A stretch of 57,088 bases of DNA, taken from contig DASVDK010000379.1 in assembly GCA_036381125.1 (NCBI GenBank), positions 1 through 57,088 of the forward strand, read 5' to 3'. The position numbers and the translations under genes are program-made. This stretch comes from Thermodesulfobacteriota bacterium. GTDB lineage: Bacteria > DASVDK01. The notes under the pieces are model-generated. The model had not been told where the DNA came from. It made no database searches and saw only the letters and a list, made by a program, of their open reading frames with translations. Positions within the stretch are counted from its first letter, which is position 1; every line of letters starts with the position of its first letter. Of this stretch, positions 51,351 to 57,088 are shown one piece after another.

Positions 51351-52048
51351 CAGCGGACCGGCGTGAACAGGACCTCCAGCCGACGCCCGTCGGGGGACGC
51401 GACCGTCACCTGCGCGCCCTCCACCTGCAGCCGGGCCAGCTCCTGCGCGAGAGCCTCCGGCGCGAGCGGGGTCTCGACCTCGAGGACGACGGTGCCGGGC
51501 GCGGCCGATCGGTAGCGGACCCGCTGCGCCTGTCCCCGGTCGCCGAGCGCCGCGGTGAGCGTGTCGAGCTGCGCCTTGCGGGTGGCGCCGCGCGCCGTCA
51601 CGCTCACGATGCCGAGCGGCCCGGCCGGCGCGCCGGCCGTGAGCAGACCGAGGTCGACCAGCGCCTTCCTGAGCGGCTCGCGGTCGACGACCGCCTCGAT
51701 CGACGCCTGGTAGAGCGTCCCGGCCGGCAGCTCGGCGATGATCCGATACGTCTGGACGAAGCGGACCGGGTCGGAGTACAGCTCCTCGCGCAAGAGCGCG
51801 TCCTGCTGCGCGAGCGTCTCGGGCGGGACGAGGGTCGCCGCCGCCCGCTCGACGGCGCGGTGGAGCGCGTCGGCCACCGCCCGCTCCCGGGCGGCCGTGA
51901 TGTTGTCGTCCTCGATCGGCGCGAGTCCCTCGACCTGCACCGGCAGCAGCGTGTCGCCCTGGGGCTGCGCCGACGACGGGGCCGGCCCCACCAGCCCCAC
52001 CACGAGGGCCGGCACCGCGATCAGCGCCGCGATCGGAAAGAGCCGCAT
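51350..52048 (-). CDS. secreted hypothetical protein
   Basis: ORF 51350..52048. Signal peptide MRLFPIAALIAVPALVVGLVGPAPSSAQ. No recognisable family. Confidence 0.65.
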   Translation of the reverse strand: MRLFPIAALIAVPALVVGLVGPAPSSAQPQGDTLLPVQVEGLAPIEDDNITAARERAVADALHRAVERAAATLVPPETLAQQDALLREELYSDPVRFVQTYRIIAELPAGTLYQASIEAVVDREPLRKALVDLGLLTAGAPAGPLGIVSVTARGATRKAQLDTLTAALGDRGQAQRVRYRSAAPGTVVLEVETPLAPEALAQELARLQVEGAQVTVASPDGRRLEVLFTPVR

Positions 52049-52075
52049 GGCGAGGCCGTGGCGTGCGTGGCGGGC

Positions 52076-52438
52076 CTACGGCTTGCGGGCCGGCCCGTTG
52101 CCCTCGGCCGACTCGCCCGATCCGTGCGAGGAGGCGTCGCTGCCGTGGCCGCCGTACGCGACGCGGCGCTCCATGGGCCGGCGGTCCATCCCGTGTCCGC
52201 CGTGGCCCTCGGTGAAGGCGCCGAGCCGCACCGTCCGCTCGGTCGGATAGATGCTCGAGATGGCGTGCTTGTAGATGAGCTGCTGGCCCTGGCCCTCGAC
52301 GATGACGCAGAAGTTGTCGAAGCTCCGGATGGTCCCCTTGACGCTCTTGCCCGATGCGAGGTCCACGGTCACGGCGATCTTCTCGCGGCGCACCTGGTTG
52401 AGGAACTGATCCTGGACGTTGATCGGCGCTTTGTTCAT
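52076..52438 (-). CDS. hfq: RNA chaperone Hfq with extended C-terminal tail
   Basis: ORF 52076..52438. VQDQFLNQVRREKIAVTVDLASGKSVKGTIRSFDNFCVIVEG..QQLIYKHAISSI are the Sm1/Sm2 motifs, followed by about 50 aa of Gly/His/Ser-rich tail. Confidence 0.9.
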   Translation of the reverse strand: MNKAPINVQDQFLNQVRREKIAVTVDLASGKSVKGTIRSFDNFCVIVEGQGQQLIYKHAISSIYPTERTVRLGAFTEGHGGHGMDRRPMERRVAYGGHGSDASSHGSGESAEGNGPARKP

Positions 52439-52541
52439 GGCCTCACATCTCCATCATGCAATCGAGGACTCATGCCCGCTCGGGTCCGGGCGCCGACGCC
52501 GACACCCCCCGGGGGCGAAGGCCCCATGATACGCGAGCCGG

Positions 52542-53483
52542 TCAGAGATGCAAGTGGCGCCGCGCCAATTCCGCGAGCGTGACGCGGGCTTGTGACGCAT
52601 CCACCCAGCGGGCCTCCCGCTCGCCGCGCCACCAGGTCCGCTGCCGCTTGGCATACCGACGCGTCTCGGTCTTGATGCTCGCCGCCGCCTCGGCAAGCGT
52701 CAGCCGCCCGGCCAGGTAGTCGCCGACCTGCCGGTAGCCGAGGGCCCGCATCGGCTTGAGCTCGGGGCCGTAGCCGCGGGCGTGGAGCGAGCGCACCTCG
52801 TCCACCAGCCCGGCTGCGAGCATCCGGTCCACGCGCGCCGCGATCGCCCGGTCGAGGTCGGCAACGGGGACCCGGAGCACCGCGATGGCGACGTCGAAGA
52901 CCGAGTCGCCGAAGCGATGCGCGGCGCGCAGCGCCGAGGGCGGCTCGCCGGTCGCCTCGAGGATCTCGAGGGCGCGCACGAGGCGCACCCGGTCGGCCGG
53001 CGCGAGCCGCCGCGCCGTCTCGGGATCGGCCGCGGCGAGGCGCGCGCGTGCGGCCTCGGGGTCTGCGGCGACCTCCGCCTCGATGCGCGCCCGGACGGCC
53101 GCCGCGACGGCCGGCGCCGGGATGAGGCCGCGCGTGAGGGCGCGCACGTAGAGGCCGGTCCCCCCCACGAGGAGCGCGCCGGGCGGGCCGCCGGGGCGGC
53201 CGATCCGCAACGCCTCGATCACGCGGCGCCCGTGCGCGGCGTAGTCGGCGGCCGTGAAGGGCTCGTCCGGATCGACCAGGTCGATCAGGTGGTGCGCGGC
53301 GCGGCGACGCTCCTCGACGGTCGGCTTCGCGCTGCCGATGTCGAGGTAGCGGTAGACCTGCAGCGAGTCGGCGCCGAGGACCGGCAGGCCGAAACGCTCG
53401 GCCAGCTCGACGGCGAGCGCGGTCTTGCCCGACGCCGTCGGCCCGACGATGGCGAGGATGCGCGGCCGCTGGCCCGGCGCCAT
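52542..53483 (-). CDS. miaA: tRNA dimethylallyltransferase
   Basis: ORF 52542..53483. ILAIVGPTASGKTALAVELA, DSLQVYRYLDIGSAKPT. Confidence 0.95.
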   Translation of the reverse strand: MAPGQRPRILAIVGPTASGKTALAVELAERFGLPVLGADSLQVYRYLDIGSAKPTVEERRRAAHHLIDLVDPDEPFTAADYAAHGRRVIEALRIGRPGGPPGALLVGGTGLYVRALTRGLIPAPAVAAAVRARIEAEVAADPEAARARLAAADPETARRLAPADRVRLVRALEILEATGEPPSALRAAHRFGDSVFDVAIAVLRVPVADLDRAIAARVDRMLAAGLVDEVRSLHARGYGPELKPMRALGYRQVGDYLAGRLTLAEAAASIKTETRRYAKRQRTWWRGEREARWVDASQARVTLAELARRHLHL

Positions 53484-53485
53484 GC

Positions 53486-55270
53486 CTACCGCCGGTCGAA
53501 CAGCCGCTCGAGTTCCGCGAAGCCGATCAGCCGGCTGACCGGCCGGCCGTGCGGGCAGGCGCCGGTGACCTCGTAGCGATCGAGGTCCGCGAGGAGCGCG
53601 CCCGCCTCGAGCGGATCGAGCGCCTGGCGGAAGGTGACCGCGCCGTGGCAGGCCACCGTCGCGAGCAGGTGGTCGCGCGCGTCCTCGAGCGACCGGGCGG
53701 GCGAGAGCCCCTCGAGGTCCTCGGCAACCGACTCGAGGAGCGGACCGGGGTCGAGCGTCTCGAGCCCGATCGGCACGGCGGTCACCCGAAGCGTGCCGAT
53801 CGGCCCGAACGGCTCCACCTCGAGCCCGACGTCGGCCAGGGCGCCGGCCCGCTCGACGACCAGCGCGGCCCGGTCGGCCCGCAACGTGACCGCCCGCGGC
53901 ACGAGCAGGCGCACCGCTCGCGGCCGTCCCTCGGCAAGGGCCCGCCTGAGGCGCTCGAACCGCAGTCGCTCGTGCGCGGCGTGCTGGTCGACCACGACGA
54001 GCCCCTCCCTCCCCTCGCAGAGGAGGTAGGAGGCCCGCAACTGGCCGATGTAGCGGAGGCCCGCGAAGCGTGAGCCGTGCGCCGGGGTCGCCGCCGCCCG
54101 CGCCGGCGTCGCACCGAAGGCCTCCGCCGGCTCCGCCGCGCGATCGGCGCCCGTGGGGTCGTACGACCGCACGTCGAGGAACGCGTCGAGCGCCGCCTGC
54201 ACCCGCCCGGCGCGCCCGTCCGACGGCGGGACGGTCCCGGCCGGCTCGGCGCGGACGGCCGCCGGGAGCGCACCGGCGGCGACGAGGGCCGACTCGACCG
54301 CGCGGGCCACCAGGCCGTGCACCGCCGCCGGATCGCGGAAGCGGACCTCGGCCTTCTGCGGGTGGACGTTCACGTCCACCATGTGGGGCGGCACCACGAC
54401 GAAGAGCGCCCCCATCGGGTAGCGCCCCGGCTCGTGGGCGTGGCGGCTCCCCTGGAGCGTCGCGTGCAGGATCGATCGGTCGCGCACCGGCCGGCCGTTC
54501 ACGAAGAGGTAGAGGCTCGACGCGCCCGGCCGCGAGACGCCGGGGGGGGACAGGCGGCCGGTGACGGCGAGCCCTCCCTCCTCCGCCCGCACCTCCACGA
54601 GCGGCGGCGCCTCCGGACCGAGGAGCGCGTCGAGCCGCTCCGCGAGGTCGGCGTCACGCCGGCCGGCGACGGCGAGCCGGCCGTCCACCGTGAGGGTGAC
54701 GGCGACGTCGGGCCGGGCGAGCGCCAGGCGCGCGACGACGTCCACGACCTGCGCCGCCTCGGTCGCCGCCGATCGGAGGAACTGGCGACGCGCCGGCAGG
54801 TTGAAGAAGAGGTCGCGCACGGTCACGGTGGTGCCGGCAGGCGCGCCGGCCGGACGCTCGGCCCTGACCACCCCGCCCTCGACGTCGATGCGCACCCCCG
54901 CGACCGCCTCCGGCACGCGCGTCACGAGCGTGAGGCGCGACACCGCGGCGATCGAGGCGAGCGCCTCGCCGCGGAAGCCGTAGGTCTCGATGGCCAGGAG
55001 GTCGTCGACCGTGCGGATCTTGCTGGTGGCGTGTCGCTCGAGGGCGAGGCGGGCCTCGGCGGGCGTCATGCCGCACCCGTCGTCGGCCACCTCGAGGAGC
55101 CGCCGCCCCCCCTGCTCGATGGTCACGTCGATGCGGCCCGCCCCGGCGTCGAGGGCGTTCTCGATCAGCTCCTTCACGGCCGCCGCCGGACGCTCCACCA
55201 CCTCGCCGGCGGCGATCCTCGCCGCGACCGCCTCGGGCAGCCGCCGGATGCGCGGGAGCGGTTCGTTCAC
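53486..55270 (-). CDS. mutL: DNA mismatch repair protein MutL
   Basis: C-terminal 594 codons of ORF 53486..55714. GTG 55270 lies in a GTGA overlap. IRRLPEAVAARIAAGEVVERPAAAVKELIENALDAGA, DDGCGM, ATSKI, GFRGEAL. Confidence 0.9.
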   Translation of the reverse strand: MNEPLPRIRRLPEAVAARIAAGEVVERPAAAVKELIENALDAGAGRIDVTIEQGGRRLLEVADDGCGMTPAEARLALERHATSKIRTVDDLLAIETYGFRGEALASIAAVSRLTLVTRVPEAVAGVRIDVEGGVVRAERPAGAPAGTTVTVRDLFFNLPARRQFLRSAATEAAQVVDVVARLALARPDVAVTLTVDGRLAVAGRRDADLAERLDALLGPEAPPLVEVRAEEGGLAVTGRLSPPGVSRPGASSLYLFVNGRPVRDRSILHATLQGSRHAHEPGRYPMGALFVVVPPHMVDVNVHPQKAEVRFRDPAAVHGLVARAVESALVAAGALPAAVRAEPAGTVPPSDGRAGRVQAALDAFLDVRSYDPTGADRAAEPAEAFGATPARAAATPAHGSRFAGLRYIGQLRASYLLCEGREGLVVVDQHAAHERLRFERLRRALAEGRPRAVRLLVPRAVTLRADRAALVVERAGALADVGLEVEPFGPIGTLRVTAVPIGLETLDPGPLLESVAEDLEGLSPARSLEDARDHLLATVACHGAVTFRQALDPLEAGALLADLDRYEVTGACPHGRPVSRLIGFAELERLFDRR

Positions 55271-55596
55271 ACGTCGAGCCCGACCGCCTCGAGGTGCTCG
55301 GCGAGGACCGGCGCCGGGGTCGACGAGAGGAGCGTCTTCAGGGCGAGGACGACGAGCCCGAGGTCGTCGGCGACGCCGAGCGGCCCGAAGATCGCCTCGG
55401 GCACGAGGTCCACCGGCGCGAAGAGATAGGCGGCCACCGCCGCGGCCAGCACCTTCGGCCAGGCGGGGACCCGCCGGTCGGCGACCAGGCGCCAGACGAG
55501 GCGCAGCACGCGGGGCGCCTTCGGGAGCCATCGGACGAGCGTCGTCCACGGAAGCCCCCGCCGGCGAATCAGCCGTCCGAGAACCGTCTCTGCCAT
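55267..55596 (-). CDS. DUF1232 (YkvA-like) membrane protein
   Basis: ORF 55267..55596. VADRRVPAWPKVLAAAVAAYLFAPVDLVPEAIFGPLGVADDLGLV matches the YkvA-family pattern. Confidence 0.75.
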   Translation of the reverse strand: MAETVLGRLIRRRGLPWTTLVRWLPKAPRVLRLVWRLVADRRVPAWPKVLAAAVAAYLFAPVDLVPEAIFGPLGVADDLGLVVLALKTLLSSTPAPVLAEHLEAVGLDV

Positions 55597-55598
55597 GC

Positions 55599-56399
55599 CT
55601 ACAGTCTATCGCGGACCGCTCGCCCCGGCCGTGCCTGCCGGGGGGCCTTGGCCGCCGCGGCCGCGGCGTCCGCCGCCTTCGCCACGGCGGCGCGAAGGGC
55701 GCGCACCTCGGCATCCGAGAGCGGGCGATGCCGGCCTCGCGGCAGGTCGCCGAGCGCGATGCCGTCGAAGCGCACCCGCCGGATCTTCAGCGCCGGGTGG
55801 CCCACGGCCTCGCACATGCGCTTCACCTGGTGGTTGCGCCCCTCGTGGATCGTCAGCTCGATCCAGGCGTTCTGCTCGGCGCGCCGGAGGAAGCGGACGA
55901 AGGCCGGCCGCGTCGGGCCGTCGTCGAGCATCGGCCCGGCGGCGAGCGCCTCGAGCGCGCCCCGGCTCGGGACCCCTTTGACCTTCACCTCGTAGGTCTT
56001 GGGGACGTGCGACCGCGGGTGCGCGAGCCGGGCCGCGAGGTCGCCGTCGTTCGTGAGGAGCAGGAGCCCTTCGGCGTCCCAGTCGAGCCGGCCGACCGGG
56101 TAGACGCGCGGCCGGACGCCGGCCAGGAGGTCCGCGACGGTCGGCCGCCCCTCGGGGTCGCGCATCGTCGTGACCACGCCCGGCGGCTTGTGCAGCGCGA
56201 GGTAGACCTTCGGCGCGGCCCGCGGCACGAGGCGGCCGCGGACCTTCACGTGGTCGCGCTCGGGATCGGCCTTCGTGCCGAGTTCCCGGACCACGCGGCC
56301 GTTCACCTGCACCTCACCCGCCTCGATGAGACGCTCGGCCTCGCGGCGGGAAGCGAGGCCGGCATCCGCGATGATCTTCTGGAGCCGGACCTCGGGCAT
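55599..56399 (-). CDS. rluB: 23S rRNA pseudouridine synthase (RluB/RsuA family)
   Basis: 3' part of ORF 55599..56513, from ATG 56399. S4 domain (RLQKIIADAGLASRREAERLI), catalytic VGRLDWDAEGLLLLTNDG, and KTYEVKV. Confidence 0.9.
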   Translation of the reverse strand: MPEVRLQKIIADAGLASRREAERLIEAGEVQVNGRVVRELGTKADPERDHVKVRGRLVPRAAPKVYLALHKPPGVVTTMRDPEGRPTVADLLAGVRPRVYPVGRLDWDAEGLLLLTNDGDLAARLAHPRSHVPKTYEVKVKGVPSRGALEALAAGPMLDDGPTRPAFVRFLRRAEQNAWIELTIHEGRNHQVKRMCEAVGHPALKIRRVRFDGIALGDLPRGRHRPLSDAEVRALRAAVAKAADAAAAAAKAPRQARPGRAVRDRL

Positions 56400-56403
56400 G
56401 GGG

Positions 56404-57088
56404 TCAGCTCGTCCGCTCGTCCTCGGGCGGCGCTTCGCCGGCACCGCCCGCCTCGGCGGCCCGACCGGCCTCGGCGCCGGAGCCCGGCTCGGCGCCGGAG
56501 CCCTCGTCGGCACAGGACCCCTCGTCGGCGCCGGAGCCCTCCTCGGCGGCGAGCGCCGCGGCGTCGGTCGGCTCGCCGCCGTCGCCGGCCGCGCCGCCGT
56601 CGGCCGCCTGCTCGAGCCGCCCCTCGGCCGCGAGGTCGGTGAACTCCTTGAGCGTCGGCAGTTGCGAGAGGTCCTTCAGGCCGAAGTGCTCGAGGAACTC
56701 CGGCGTCGTCCCGTAGAGCAGCGGGCGGCCCGGGATGTCCTTCCGGCCGACGATGCGCACGAGCTTGCGGTCGAGGAGCGCCTTGAGGACGCCGCCCGAG
56801 TCGACCCCGCGGATGTCCTCGATGTCGCCGCGCGTCACCGGCTGCCGGTAGGCCACGATGGCGAGCGTCTCGCGCGCCGCCTGCGTGAACCTGAGCGGCT
56901 TGACCGCGAGGAACCGCCTGAGCCACGGCGCCATCTCGGGCCGCGTCCGGAGCTGGTAGCCGCCGGCCACCTGCACGAGCGTGAGAGCCCGCTCGGGCGA
57001 CTGGTAGTCGAGCTCGAGCTGCGCGAGCGCCGAGGCAACCTCCTCGGGCGCCGCGAAGCCTTCGAGCACCGCCTCCATCCGCCGCCTC
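56404..57088 (-). CDS. scpB: segregation and condensation protein B (partial; 5' end probably beyond window)
   Basis: ORF 56404..57078, with the frame still open to the window end. VAGGYQLRTRPEMAPWL, ETLAIVAYRQPVTRGDIEDIRGVDSGGVLKALLDRKLV, and an acidic Gly/Ser/Ala tail. Confidence 0.85.
   Translation of the reverse strand, partial: RRRMEAVLEGFAAPEEVASALAQLELDYQSPERALTLVQVAGGYQLRTRPEMAPWLRRFLAVKPLRFTQAARETLAIVAYRQPVTRGDIEDIRGVDSGGVLKALLDRKLVRIVGRKDIPGRPLLYGTTPEFLEHFGLKDLSQLPTLKEFTDLAAEGRLEQAADGGAAGDGGEPTDAAALAAEEGSGADEGSCADEGSGAEPGSGAEAGRAAEAGGAGEAPPEDERTS

Overview
A 57-kb window of very GC-rich (roughly 70% by eye) bacterial chromosome, apparently from a diderm. I cannot assign a taxon from the sequence. 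Nearly all real genes are on the minus strand. Most long plus-strand and off-frame ORFs in the track are Arg/Pro/Gly-rich high-GC artefacts.

(1) 449-22734: one co-directional polysaccharide export and biosynthesis operon of about 19 genes.
- An NtrC-type sigma-54 activator comes first, followed by an export core resembling PEP-CTERM-type EPS loci: Wza-like lipoprotein, outer-membrane beta-barrel, Wzz-like chain-length protein, ExeA-like ATPase, stand-alone tyrosine autokinase and priming sugar transferase.
- The biosynthetic genes are four GT2 glycosyltransferases, two TagF-like phosphotransferases, a LicC-like nucleotidyltransferase, an acyltransferase, a Wzy/O-antigen-ligase-like protein, a Wzx flippase and a secreted glycoside-hydrolase-like protein.
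- Upstream lie a second paralogous sigma-54 activator and an IHF-beta gene.
- The intergenic region between the two activators holds a near-consensus -24/-12 promoter and an unusual repeat cluster. I rate this regulatory module and the teichoic-acid-like enzyme set as the most interesting part of the window.

(2) 25.3-33.4 kb: small membrane proteins, a 7Fe ferredoxin, a five-gene Liv-type ABC transporter and a rhomboid protease.

(3) 33.5-40.2 kb: an accessory-looking block.
- It contains a frameshifted and truncated cyclase-TPR pseudogene, a GT-C-like membrane protein and a TolB-like lipoprotein.
- It also contains a 25-bp tandem repeat array and an HNH endonuclease gene bracketed by matching palindromes, and it ends at tRNA-Arg.

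(4) 40.3-57.1 kb: housekeeping genes.
- apt, pcm and tRNA-Pro.
- merR, ihfA, pheT, pheS, rplT, rpmI, infC and thrS, then tRNA-Val.
- DUF512, pgsA, hfq, miaA, mutL, a DUF1232 gene, rluB and scpB.

All functional calls come from reading motifs by eye. No database search was run.
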